From positions 1 through 64,000 of IMG/VR virus record IMGVR_UViG_3300028591_000019: a stretch of DNA of 64,000 nucleotides; one strand, written 5' to 3'. How positions within the stretch are numbered: position 1 is the stretch's first letter; each line of letters starts with the position of its first letter. The notes beneath the pieces were generated by a model. It had not been told where the DNA came from. It did not search any database and saw nothing but the letters and a program-made list of their open reading frames with translations. The translations under genes were made by a program, and so were the position numbers. Positions 19,292 through 27,802 of this stretch are shown in pieces. This DNA comes from a virus (taxonomy: Duplodnaviria; Caudoviricetes).

Positions 19292-20617
19292 TTAATCATC
19301 GAACGGGGCTTCCTCGCCCTCTACATCACGGAATCGTGATTCCGCATAATCGTTCTGGAAATCGTCCGCAGGATTGTCGAACCGATACTGCTCTCCAATC
19401 CATGTCAGCGGTAGCGAACCGCACGACCCGTTTCGGTTCTTTGCGATAATTAGCTTCGCTTCTCTCGGACTTATTTCCTCATCGTATACAGACGGTCTGT
19501 ACGGGAAGAGGATAATATCCGCATCCTGTTCGATATCTCCAGATTCCCGAAGGTCTGACATAACAGGCTCATGCTCTGCTCTCTGTTCTGCGGAACGATT
19601 CAGCTGTGCAACGCAGATAACGGTACAGTCCATGTCCTGTGCGAGTCTCTTGAGAGCATGGGATATCTCTCCTATCTCCTGCGCTCTGGAACTATTCTTA
19701 CGAACATTCGTCTGCATAAGACCGATATAGTCTACGATTACCAAGTCGATTCCTCTTGCCTGTTTTGAAATCTTCCTGCATACCGTCTGCAACTTCGTGA
19801 TAGAAAGTGTCCCGCTGTCGAATCCGTACATCTTCTTTGTCTTGAGCAGATTCGCAAACTCCTGCGTCTTGTTAAAAGCTGTTGAGGTGTCTTGCAACAT
19901 TTCCTGTTCCGACATCCGAATCCCATTACAGATAAGACGCTTCATTATCTCGGAGTTCTTCATCTCAAGAGAGAACATCACGACCGTCTTGTCTTTCATC
20001 GCTACGTTCAATGCGATATTCTCTGCCAATGCGCTCTTGCCCATGCTCGGTCTTCCTGCTATGATGACAAGATTCCCTTTCCGCAAGCCGCCTATCGTTT
20101 TGTCAAGTTCCGTAAAGCCTGTCGGAGTTCCCTTTGTGTTGTCTCCGATTTCTGAGAAAGCGTTCAGCACTTCCATCTCGCCGTACTTGATAGCTTCCGT
20201 CTCGTCCCCATCCGCAATCGAATCCATTCTGGATTGCAGATTATCGAAGCAGGACTCGTTTTCTTCCTTGAACTCCTTTGCCGCTACACGCAACGCATCT
20301 CCAAACTTCCGTCTCTTAACTTGGCTTTTCAGCGTCTTGATATAGACGGGCATCTGCGACTTGTAATGTTCGCCTTGCAGGATATCCGTTATCACGTTCG
20401 TAATGAAGTCTGTTTCAAACAGGGAAGATACGGATACGAAATCAATCTTCTGATTCGACACATACAAGGCTTCCATTGCGGAGAATATTCTTCTGCAATC
20501 GTTACTGGAGAAATCATCCCTCTCCAGTTCTGCGAACGCTTGCTCAACGCTCTTCTCGTCTTCCATCATGCAACCGATTATCGCTCTCTCGATTACATTG
20601 TTCCGCTTTGCTTCCAT
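19292..20617 (-). CDS. dnaB: Replicative DNA helicase (DnaB family)
   Basis: IIAGRPSMGKS, VIVDYIGL, AQLNRSAE, SDLRESGDIEQDAD, AKNRNG. Confidence 0.96.
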   Translation of the reverse strand: MEAKRNNVIERAIIGCMMEDEKSVEQAFAELERDDFSSNDCRRIFSAMEALYVSNQKIDFVSVSSLFETDFITNVITDILQGEHYKSQMPVYIKTLKSQVKRRKFGDALRVAAKEFKEENESCFDNLQSRMDSIADGDETEAIKYGEMEVLNAFSEIGDNTKGTPTGFTELDKTIGGLRKGNLVIIAGRPSMGKSALAENIALNVAMKDKTVVMFSLEMKNSEIMKRLICNGIRMSEQEMLQDTSTAFNKTQEFANLLKTKKMYGFDSGTLSITKLQTVCRKISKQARGIDLVIVDYIGLMQTNVRKNSSRAQEIGEISHALKRLAQDMDCTVICVAQLNRSAEQRAEHEPVMSDLRESGDIEQDADIILFPYRPSVYDEEISPREAKLIIAKNRNGSCGSLPLTWIGEQYRFDNPADDFQNDYAESRFRDVEGEEAPFDD

Positions 20618-20640
20618 AGTGTGGTGTACCTACTTTCCTT

Positions 20641-21543
20641 TTATTCCTGCCTGTTCTTCAACGACTCACGAAGATTCCTCGCCAACTCTTGGAACTGCTT
20701 CCTCTGCTCTGTATCGTCTGGCTTCTGGCTCAAATCCTTGTACCGAGACTTCGTTTCCAACTTCTGTTTGTTCTGCATATACGGTCTGTTCTTATCGAAA
20801 GCGTCCATCGTATCGAAGTTCCATCCTACCCATTGTCTGCTCATCGCTTCTTCAATTCTTTCAACAACAGCTTTCTCTCCACGTTTCTGGATTTCATTCT
20901 TCAGCTTTGTCAACAATTTCTGGAATCCAGTTGCTGACTTGTACGGTGTCTTGATTTCTTTCTTGTATTCAATCCATTCACCAAGTATCGAAACAACAGC
21001 AGGAGAAAAGTTCTTTGCCTTGACTTCTTCCATGAGAACTTCTGTTGAAAGAGTCCCGTTGTTCTTTGTCTTCTTCTGTTTCTCTGGCTTATCACCCTTG
21101 GGGGGATTAAAGGGGGGATTATAAGTATCTTTATAAGTATTCTCATACTCTATATCTGTGTTTATATCTGGTAATGCTTTGCCCTCTGAGGCAAATCCAT
21201 TTTCCCTACAGGGCAAATCCATTTGCCCTTTTTGCAATAAGCACATTCCTGCTTCTGTAAATGAATACCATAGCGTCCTGTCAGTAGGAAGTTCATTATA
21301 GTTCCCTGTCTGAATAAGCCCTTCTTCAATAAGGTTGTTTAACGCTCCACGAATTTGCTTTGCGGAAGCATATGGGAACAAATCGCCAAACGCTTTCACG
21401 CTGTTATATGTCCAATAACATCCGTCATGGAAATGCTTCCCGTTCGCCATGTTCTTCTTTATCCAGAACTCAAAGTGATTTAACAGAACCGCTTCCAAGA
21501 TTCCGTATTTCTCTGCGATACCAATATCAAAACTGTGTTGCAT
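20641..21543 (-). CDS. Phage replication initiator (winged-HTH N-terminus)
   Basis: IAEKYGILEAVLL...YWTYNS...LIEEGLI N-terminal domain, PPFNPP linker, and C-terminal WIEYK...KKEIK...QWVGW domain; directly upstream of dnaB. Confidence 0.75.
   Translation of the reverse strand: MQHSFDIGIAEKYGILEAVLLNHFEFWIKKNMANGKHFHDGCYWTYNSVKAFGDLFPYASAKQIRGALNNLIEEGLIQTGNYNELPTDRTLWYSFTEAGMCLLQKGQMDLPCRENGFASEGKALPDINTDIEYENTYKDTYNPPFNPPKGDKPEKQKKTKNNGTLSTEVLMEEVKAKNFSPAVVSILGEWIEYKKEIKTPYKSATGFQKLLTKLKNEIQKRGEKAVVERIEEAMSRQWVGWNFDTMDAFDKNRPYMQNKQKLETKSRYKDLSQKPDDTEQRKQFQELARNLRESLKNRQE
21178..21243. repeat. Putative origin iterons (22-bp period) inside the initiator gene
   Basis: GGCAAATCCATTT at 21190 and 21212; units tttgccctctgaggcaaatcca / ttttccctacagggcaaatcca / tttgccctttttgcaataagca, adjacent to an AT-rich stretch at 21120-21177. 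Confidence 0.55.
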
Positions 21544-21558
21544 TCTCTTCCCCCATTC

Positions 21559-22029
21559 TTAGAAACCAACATCTATTGTTTCATCCTCATCTCCGTCATA
21601 GGTAATCTCAAACGGAGAACCATTGACATTGAGGACTTCCTTGTAAATCTTCTTCTCGTACTGCCTAGACTCTTCTATCCAAGCCAAAGCTTTCATCAAC
21701 CGCTTTGTCGGAAGAACTGTCGTGCAGAAGATTGCGTATTGCTGTTCGCCTGTTCGCTCCGTCATATAAGTGTCTGGTGTGCGGATTCCAGATACGAACA
21801 CGAACTCTCGGTTCTTCAACGTCTTTGCTACCTCTACGGAAGCAAACCCCGCACAGACACAAGTTACTTTCTTGTAAACTGCTTTGTCGTTAACTAAAGT
21901 CGAATCGTACTGCAACGTGAAACGAACGCAAGGCTTCCCCTTCTTCGTCTCCGTTTCATACGCATCGCCGAACAGAGTTCCGTCAGCAATCGCATATACC
22001 TTGTTGCCGTCTTTCTGTGCTATCAACAT
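21559..22029 (-). CDS. SSB-like OB-fold protein (copy 2)
   Basis: OB-fold pattern (GKPCVRFTL, FVFVSG); acidic tail DGDEDETIDVGF. Confidence 0.6.
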   Translation of the reverse strand: MLIAQKDGNKVYAIADGTLFGDAYETETKKGKPCVRFTLQYDSTLVNDKAVYKKVTCVCAGFASVEVAKTLKNREFVFVSGIRTPDTYMTERTGEQQYAIFCTTVLPTKRLMKALAWIEESRQYEKKIYKEVLNVNGSPFEITYDGDEDETIDVGF

Positions 22030-22038
22030 TTGGCGTTA

Positions 22039-22476
22039 TTAAGCGAAAAATACGGACTCAGACTCGTCAGACGGTTCATCCTGCATCTCGCCCTCTATCG
22101 TGGCTGTATCGACGTTATTAAGGTTTTCTGAGGAATATAACGCTCCTGCGTTGACGATGAACTCGGCTGTCACCTTGAATGCTTTCTGTCCTGTCTTCTT
22201 ACTGCGGTATTCATCTGGTGCTTTTGTGCCGAAGACGATAACCCTATCGCCTTTCTCGCATTGTGTCGCAACGTCTGCCCAGTAATCCCATGCTTCGCAC
22301 AGCAAAGACTTCGGAGTGGACTTACCGCTCTTCTCGTCTTTCTGTCTGCCATAAAGAACATAAAAGATAGTATGGTGCTTGCCACTTGGTGTAACATTGA
22401 AAATAGGCTCGGCTGTAATCGTGCCGACTATTGTGGAAGGGTGATACCCTGTGTTTGTTCCCTGTTCTATCAGCAT
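22039..22476 (-). CDS. ssb: Single-stranded DNA-binding protein (copy 1)
   Basis: IVGTITAEP, CEAWDYWA, KGDRVIVFG; acidic tail DEPSDESESVFFA. Confidence 0.7.
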   Translation of the reverse strand: MLIEQGTNTGYHPSTIVGTITAEPIFNVTPSGKHHTIFYVLYGRQKDEKSGKSTPKSLLCEAWDYWADVATQCEKGDRVIVFGTKAPDEYRSKKTGQKAFKVTAEFIVNAGALYSSENLNNVDTATIEGEMQDEPSDESESVFFA

Positions 22477-22507
22477 CGCTTTCTCCTTGTATAAGACTTA
22501 AAGGTTT

Positions 22508-22531
22508 GGGGCATGACCCATTTCATGCCCC
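22508..22531. terminator. Stem-loop between recT and ssb
   Basis: GGGGCATGA-cccatt-TCATGCCCC, a perfect 9-bp stem with no clear U-tract. Confidence 0.45.
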
Positions 22532-22564
22532 GTCACTATACGACAACCAGAACCGTCTTTTATT

Positions 22565-23521
22565 TTAAGCCAAAGGGTCATCCTCGTCAAGGATTTCGCC
22601 CGTCTCTTCGTCTACGAGTACATCTTCGGCAGGAACTCCATCTACAACAACAGGCTCTTTCGGTTCTTTGTATTCACCCTTCGGTCTGTTGTCTACGTAG
22701 TCAACGCCGACAAACTCGTTGTTCTGTACGACAGGAACGCCTTGGTCGTTAGCCATTGCAGTCTGCATCTCAATTGACATCGGGGCATAGCCCTTTGACA
22801 GAAGCTGACGAAGCATTGTCTTCATTGCCATGCCATCGAAATCCTTGTACCAGAACGAGGAGTACTTCCACAGTTCAGACTTCGGTACGTTCCCGCTGAT
22901 ATACAGTTGATAGTTCTCTTTGCTGAAAGCATTGGAGTATTTGTCTGCGTGTGCAAGCATCTTCTCCTTGCTCCAGTAAATTCCTTTATGAAATCCATTA
23001 AGAAGCTTAAAAAAGGCATAGTATCCTACTGTCGGTGTCTTGGCTCTCTCTTCTTCGTCCTCGATAACTTTGACTTCAATTTCTTCTGTAATCGGGTCAA
23101 ATCGGATAAGTTCGCCTTGCTTGATTGGAACAACATTCAGATTTTCGTACTGCCCAGTACGGACAGCCAACTGCAAGTAAGCTTTATACCCCATTTGAAA
23201 TTGAGCCACCTTGCGGTTGTTCTTGGTATCGTTGTACGGAACAAGATAGTACTGCCCAAGTTGCGGAGACGGAGACAGTCCAAGGGATTCTCCGATAAGC
23301 GCAGAGGACAGAATCGTTCCTGCATCACACTCTTGCAAGGCAGGATTCGTAGATACGGCAGACGTAATGGCGGTAATAAATCTAGTCGCTCTCTTGGGGT
23401 CACCAAGCGTATTGTTGATAAGGTTCTTATATCCCTCGCTCTGAATAGCAAGAGAGAATGGTAATGGTTTCTTCTGCGGTATCGTATTTACTGCCTGTTG
23501 CAGATTCTGTTTCGGCTTCAT
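22565..23521 (-). CDS. recT: RecT-family ssDNA annealing recombinase
   Basis: LGLSPSPQLGQYYLVPY, QFQMGYKAYLQLAVRTG, MAMKTMLRQLL; likely start MKPKQ at 23521. Confidence 0.9.
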   Translation of the reverse strand: MKPKQNLQQAVNTIPQKKPLPFSLAIQSEGYKNLINNTLGDPKRATRFITAITSAVSTNPALQECDAGTILSSALIGESLGLSPSPQLGQYYLVPYNDTKNNRKVAQFQMGYKAYLQLAVRTGQYENLNVVPIKQGELIRFDPITEEIEVKVIEDEEERAKTPTVGYYAFFKLLNGFHKGIYWSKEKMLAHADKYSNAFSKENYQLYISGNVPKSELWKYSSFWYKDFDGMAMKTMLRQLLSKGYAPMSIEMQTAMANDQGVPVVQNNEFVGVDYVDNRPKGEYKEPKEPVVVDGVPAEDVLVDEETGEILDEDDPLA

Positions 23522-23712
23522 GCCTGTTCTCCTTTCATATTCTTGATTGCGTTCCCGATGCATCCGTTCTTCCCACAGTCCACGCAGAAGTAAAACTGTT
23601 TCATGCTAAAGTCATCTCCAGTACGAAGAGGTTGCACGTTCACTCTGTAATACTTCCCGTTTGTAATCTGTTTCCTGCACGAATCGCAAATAACGACATA
23701 TTCTCTTCCCAT
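23518..23712 (-). CDS. Small zinc-finger protein
   Basis: CDSC...CVDC in 64 aa. Confidence 0.55.
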   Translation of the reverse strand: MGREYVVICDSCRKQITNGKYYRVNVQPLRTGDDFSMKQFYFCVDCGKNGCIGNAIKNMKGEQA

Positions 23713-23725
23713 GCTTCAATCCCCC

Positions 23726-24553
23726 TTATTTCTGCGGTACTCTTGTGTATTTGATTCCGTTGCTGACAACGAAGTTCTTAAACAGATTCTTCTGTGTCTC
23801 TGTCATAAACAGACGGACATCGTAGAACTTAACAGGCTCTTGCTTCGGAGCAGGAATCGGTTGCTGTACGGGTACTGGTTTCGGCTGAACAACGGCTTGC
23901 TGTACTTCCTGTTTCTTCTGCTCCTGCTCGGCTTTCATCCGTGCAATCTGTGCGGCTTTCTCTTCAAGCCTATTCTTAGTTTCAAGCGCAACTCCCATAT
24001 CAAGAGAGTCAAGATACGCTTCAATCATTTCCGTTTCGTACTGGCTCTGCATCCCGTGCAGGATTCCAAGGTTCTTCTTGACGGCATTCAACGTCATATC
24101 AATAGAAGACTTGATGTCATCCATCTTGGCTGTTTTGTTCAGCCACTTCTGGTCGAAGACTTTCTCGAAAGAAAGGACGATTGCGGTATCTCCTGCAACA
24201 GAGTTGAAGTACTCTTCAATCTCCTGCTTCTTCTGACGCTTCACCCCGTCTTCCAGTTCCTTAACTTGCACATCCATAGAGGAAGCCGCATCGGTAAGAA
24301 TCTGGGTGAGTTCGATACATTGCTGTATCGTCTTCTCAATCTTCTTCTCATGCTCTTTCTTGAGAGCGATACGGTAATCGGAAATCTTCTTTGCCAGATT
24401 CCTCAAGTCTGCGATATCCTGCTTCGCACTACGGATGCTTTCGTCCGTCACGACAACAGACTTGTACTTCTGTGCCGTCTCTAATGCCCAAGCCTTTAAC
24501 GGCTCATAGTTAGCAACGCCATTCAATCCCTCGTTTTCAACGATAATGTCCAT
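23726..24553 (-). CDS. DUF1351-like coiled-coil protein
   Basis: YKSVVVTDESIRSAKQDIADLR, FDQKWLNKT; typical location between YqaJ and RecT. Confidence 0.75.
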   Translation of the reverse strand: MDIIVENEGLNGVANYEPLKAWALETAQKYKSVVVTDESIRSAKQDIADLRNLAKKISDYRIALKKEHEKKIEKTIQQCIELTQILTDAASSMDVQVKELEDGVKRQKKQEIEEYFNSVAGDTAIVLSFEKVFDQKWLNKTAKMDDIKSSIDMTLNAVKKNLGILHGMQSQYETEMIEAYLDSLDMGVALETKNRLEEKAAQIARMKAEQEQKKQEVQQAVVQPKPVPVQQPIPAPKQEPVKFYDVRLFMTETQKNLFKNFVVSNGIKYTRVPQK

Positions 24554-24568
24554 AAGTTATCCCCTTTC

Positions 24569-25201
24569 TTAAAGTGCTAATATCAGCGGTGGCATCTGCT
24601 TTCTCTGTACATAGCCCCAAAATTCCGTTTCTTTTTCGATAAGCCATGATATATCTTCAACGTAATCTTCACGCTCAAACCGATAGGTTCGTATCACTTG
24701 ATTCCCATCCAGTCCTGTCAGACAAGCGTAAAGGTCTGCGAACTCATAGCCTGTCGATATCATCTGGTGCAGGACTTGTGTGAGATAGTGATTCGGAATC
24801 CGTCCGTCCCATTCGTCCCATTGGCTTCTCTTCGACAGCATCGCCGTCTTGATTTCAAGGATTCCTCTGCGGTCAAGCGCATCCGTCAGTTCACCGTCCA
24901 ACGTGCTTGCGATAAACGGATATTCCTCTTGGAAGATAATCGTGTACTGGTGATAATCGATAGCCATTTCGGGATTGTATGCGGAGTACAGTTCACGCAA
25001 TGCGGGTTCTGCTCTCTTCCCAAGTTCAATCGCTTCGTTCGTGACGAACCGCTGAACTGTTCCGACTTTCTCCCGATACAAGTCCACATTGGATTTCCAT
25101 TTAGAAACACCAAGAAGAGCGGCACAGTCGCTTCCACCTATGTGGTTACATCTCTCGGCAAGCCACTCTTCTTCGTTTTTACAATCAATTCTTATTTGCA
25201 C
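24569..25201 (-). CDS. YqaJ-like viral recombinase exonuclease
   Basis: WLAERCNHIGGSDCAALLGVSKWKS, ASTLDG, ILEIKT, YLTQVLHQM. Confidence 0.92.
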   Translation of the reverse strand: MQIRIDCKNEEEWLAERCNHIGGSDCAALLGVSKWKSNVDLYREKVGTVQRFVTNEAIELGKRAEPALRELYSAYNPEMAIDYHQYTIIFQEEYPFIASTLDGELTDALDRRGILEIKTAMLSKRSQWDEWDGRIPNHYLTQVLHQMISTGYEFADLYACLTGLDGNQVIRTYRFEREDYVEDISWLIEKETEFWGYVQRKQMPPLILAL

Positions 25202-25454
25202 TTCTCTTCTCCCTCATTGCTTTGTCAGCGGCATCGATTGTGTTACAGGCAACTTTCAGCTGTCTGCGAAGTTCCTCGTTCTCGTTGCAAAGGGAAGTGT
25301 CGAAGCACATGACCTTGTTGCTGACATTCCTGCAAGTCTGTGCATAGTTCTGGAGATAGTTGATAATCGAATCAATCTCCTGCATCTGCTTGCGAATATC
25401 GCCGTAACTCTTAGAACGGACTTTGCCGTTTCTGTCTGTCCAAATCTTCATCAT
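25185..25454 (-). CDS. Hypothetical coiled-coil protein
   Basis: 89-aa ORF with RBS (gaaaggac). Confidence 0.55.
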   Translation of the reverse strand: MMKIWTDRNGKVRSKSYGDIRKQMQEIDSIINYLQNYAQTCRNVSNKVMCFDTSLCNENEELRRQLKVACNTIDAADKAMREKRSANKN

Positions 25455-25484
25455 CGTGGTGTCCTTTCATAAAGATTTTTAGTT

Positions 25485-25585
25485 GTCGGTCTGTTCCCGA
25501 CTGCCACTATGTCTTTCCATAGAGCCAGAAATAACACATGGCGTCTGTCTATTCCAGACTGTCACTATGTCTTTCCATAGAGCCA
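25485..25585 (-). ncRNA. Tandem 43-nt two-hairpin RNA elements with a compensatory base change
   Basis: Units 25485-25527 and 25543-25585 differ at 4 positions. On the minus strand: CUAUG-GAAAGA-CAUAG, then GUCGG-GAACAGA-CCGAC versus GUCUG-GAAUAGA-CAGAC. Confidence 0.6.
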
Positions 25586-25641
25586 TTCAGTAAGGAGTCG
25601 CAAAATGCCCAACCAAGGCAATGTCCCTAGCCACATGGGAC

Positions 25642-25715
25642 TGGCTGAGAACGGTGGGCTCGAACCACCAATACATGAGTCAAAGTCATGTGTGTTACCG
25701 TTACACCAGTTCTCA
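25642..25715 (-). tRNA. trnQ: tRNA-Gln (UUG) with encoded CCA
   Basis: TGAGAAC/GTTCTCA acceptor stem (U1-A72), D arm GTGT/ACAC, anticodon arm CATGA-CT TTG AC-TCATG, T arm GGTGG-TTCGAGC-CCACC, then G-CCA. Confidence 0.96.
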
Positions 25716-25899
25716 TCGAAAAAAGCGGGAGCGTTTACGAAATCCATAGCGTGCGATTACGGAATAGAGGATTCTCCTTTCTATAAATTCGTATTTTGGT
25801 GGTCAAATCAAAGTAGTTGCTAACGTCCTTCGATTTTGCTCCCGCTAAAAACTCTCTGTACTGTGGTCTGTGCTTTCGCTGTGCCAATTGCAGAGAAGT

Positions 25900-26106
25900 T
25901 TATTCCCAGTTAGGATTGTTATCCCACCAGTCTTCTACATCTATCCTGCGAAGACATACATCGCATCCTGTGGGGTCACCGCTCGTGTCAACGTACACAC
26001 TCTCGCATTCCTCTCCGCATATCGGGCAGTTCACCTTGTGCGGATACTCTGGGTAGAAGTCTGGAATCATCTGATTCTCGACATCTCGCACATCTCCAAG
26101 ACGCAT
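25900..26106 (-). CDS. Small zinc-finger protein
   Basis: CPICGEEC...GCDVC. Confidence 0.55.
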   Translation of the reverse strand: MRLGDVRDVENQMIPDFYPEYPHKVNCPICGEECESVYVDTSGDPTGCDVCLRRIDVEDWWDNNPNWE

Positions 26107-26109
26107 AAG

Positions 26110-26316
26110 CTAGTCCTCGTCTTCCATCGGAATCCTGCAATAACTTGATAGAGATTTGTGCAAGCCCTTCTTGGCTCTCAAGCCACATTTGTCTGGACTG
26201 TTAAGACATTTGTCCTTACATATCGCTTGGACTTCACAAGACTTACAGCATAGGTTCAAGACTTGCTCTTCGCAGAAGAAATGCGAACATTTGATTTGCT
26301 CTTTAGGAAAAATCAT
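26110..26316 (-). CDS. Small Cys-rich protein
   Basis: 68 aa with 10 Cys. Confidence 0.5.
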   Translation of the reverse strand: MIFPKEQIKCSHFFCEEQVLNLCCKSCEVQAICKDKCLNSPDKCGLRAKKGLHKSLSSYCRIPMEDED

Positions 26317-26355
26317 TCTTTGCCCCCTTGTGCTATCAATTGCTACGAATTGCGG

Positions 26356-26631
26356 TTACTTATGCTCCGTAACCATGTAGTCAAGACTCACACCGAAATC
26401 CTTTGCGATTACCATCAAGACATCAAGTCTTGGTACTACCTCGCCCCGCCCCCATCGGGAGATACTGTTCTTTGCAATCTGCAAATTTATCTCAAGAGAC
26501 TCGACCGTAACGTGTGCTTCTCTGCACAATTCCTTTATGTTCTGGTAGACGGTTCTACCTACAGTACGAAACTCCTGCTTCTCTTTCGTAACTTTCAAGA
26601 AATCTTTTCTCCTTCCCGCTTGACATTTCAA
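26356..26631 (-). CDS. Cro-like XRE HTH regulator
   Basis: YQNIKELCRE...SLEINLQIAKNSISRW...LMVIAKDFGVSLDYMV; divergent from the CI-like gene. The exact start is uncertain. Confidence 0.75.
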   Translation of the reverse strand: MKCQAGRRKDFLKVTKEKQEFRTVGRTVYQNIKELCREAHVTVESLEINLQIAKNSISRWGRGEVVPRLDVLMVIAKDFGVSLDYMVTEHK

Positions 26632-26647
26632 GCATTTATGCTAAGAT
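26620..26647 (+). promoter_or_regulatory. SigA-type promoter toward cI
   Basis: TTGACA (26620-25), N16, extended TG-c-TAAGAT (26642-47); overlapped by the inverted repeat GCTTGA-catt-TCAAGC. Confidence 0.55.
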
Positions 26648-26721
26648 TAAGACAAGAGGTGGACAAAATAACCCCCTCTGTCATATGGGGCTGTGCGGTA
26701 TTCGGTTTGCTCGACACTTAC

Positions 26722-26750
26722 AGTTTACTGCACTTCCCCTATGCTGTCAA
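26722..26750 (-). promoter_or_regulatory. SigA-type promoter toward cro/early lytic operon
   Basis: Minus strand TTGACA-N17-TAAACT. Confidence 0.65.
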
Positions 26751-26784
26751 GCATTTTCTGCTAACTTTTTTGCATGGAATTGAA

Positions 26785-27417
26785 ATGTTTGATTATCTGT
26801 ACGAAAACATTCAAAGGATAGCGAGGGCGCAAAATCTTTCGCTTCGTGATGTCGAATCCCGTGCGGGACTCGGCAGGAATACTATTTATCGTTGGAAGCA
26901 AGCACAACCATCTCGCTCATCTGCGGCAAAAGTTGCGAAGGTTCTGGGTGTTCCTGTTGAAAATCTGTACGAAACAACATCGCAAAGACGGGATGTCTTC
27001 TCATCGCCTGTAGGGAACTTAATACAGATGCCTATTGTTGGTTCTGTCCGTGCAGGATACGGCGGTCTGGCTGTAGAGGATTATCTCTACGATTACAAAG
27101 GCATCCCCGCAGAATCCTTGAGAGGATACCCGCCCAATGAGTGCAGACTCCTGCGTGTGCGTGGGAGTTCTATGTATCCGACTATCGTAGAAGGAGACAC
27201 CGTCCTCGTACATAGGCAGGAAGACGTAGAGAGCGGAGAGATAGCCGTCATCTTAACGGAAGACGAGGAAGCGACTCTGAAGACCGTAGTGAAGGGAAAG
27301 GGATATCTGGAACTCGTTCCGAAGAATCCCGAATACCAGACCAAGAGATTTGATAACGGCAACTGTAAAGACATACATATCTGGGGCAAGGTACTGACCC
27401 TGTTCCGTGATTTCTAA
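26785..27417 (+). CDS. CI/LexA-like repressor (XRE HTH plus S24 autoprotease)
   Basis: Start MFDYL at 26785. HTH LSLRDVESRAGLGRNTIYRW, cleavage site VRAG, catalytic RVRGSSM and TLK. Confidence 0.9.
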   Translation: MFDYLYENIQRIARAQNLSLRDVESRAGLGRNTIYRWKQAQPSRSSAAKVAKVLGVPVENLYETTSQRRDVFSSPVGNLIQMPIVGSVRAGYGGLAVEDYLYDYKGIPAESLRGYPPNECRLLRVRGSSMYPTIVEGDTVLVHRQEDVESGEIAVILTEDEEATLKTVVKGKGYLELVPKNPEYQTKRFDNGNCKDIHIWGKVLTLFRDF

Positions 27418-27430
27418 AAGGAGAGCGTAC

Positions 27431-27802
27431 ATGACAATCGGAGAACGTATTAAACTGAGAAGGGCTGAACTGAATATCTCGCAAGGAGAACTGGCGAGTG
27501 CGGTCGGCATGAAACATCAGACAAGCATCAGCAAAATCGAACTCGGACAACGAGGTGTCCCGCTCCATTATCTGGAAGCGATTGCCGAAAAGCTAAAGAC
27601 AACTCCCGACTATCTCCTTGGTCGGACGGATGACCCCGAAACAGGAGTTCCAAAATTTGTACAACAGTTTGAAGATAACAAGTTAGCAGAGATTAACGCA
27701 TTCGCTACTTTGCTGTCTGAAGAGAACAGGGAAACCGTAGTTTCGTATATGAGGTTCTTGTATCAAGAACAGATGAGGGCTTCTTATGCAGACAAAGCGT
27801 AA
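27431..27802 (+). CDS. Second XRE-family HTH regulator
   Basis: MTIGERIKLRRAELNISQGELASAVGMKHQTSISKIELG...TTPDYLLG. Confidence 0.88.
   Translation: MTIGERIKLRRAELNISQGELASAVGMKHQTSISKIELGQRGVPLHYLEAIAEKLKTTPDYLLGRTDDPETGVPKFVQQFEDNKLAEINAFATLLSEENRETVVSYMRFLYQEQMRASYADKA

Noticed and set aside
25499-25585. Mini-CRISPR array (29-bp repeat, 29-bp spacer, 29-bp repeat)
   Set aside because: Similarity extends into the apparent spacer with a compensatory stem change, so it is a tandem structural duplication. There are only two units, no CRISPR-type terminal motif and no cas genes.
25800-25860. c-di-GMP-I (GEMM) riboswitch
   Set aside because: Fragments (GCAAA, GAC) resemble it, but the GNRA-capped P2 and P3 stems could not be built.
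26263-26784. N-terminal extension making a 384-aa repressor
   Set aside because: The extension overlaps cro antisense and both promoters; the HTH begins after ATG 26785.
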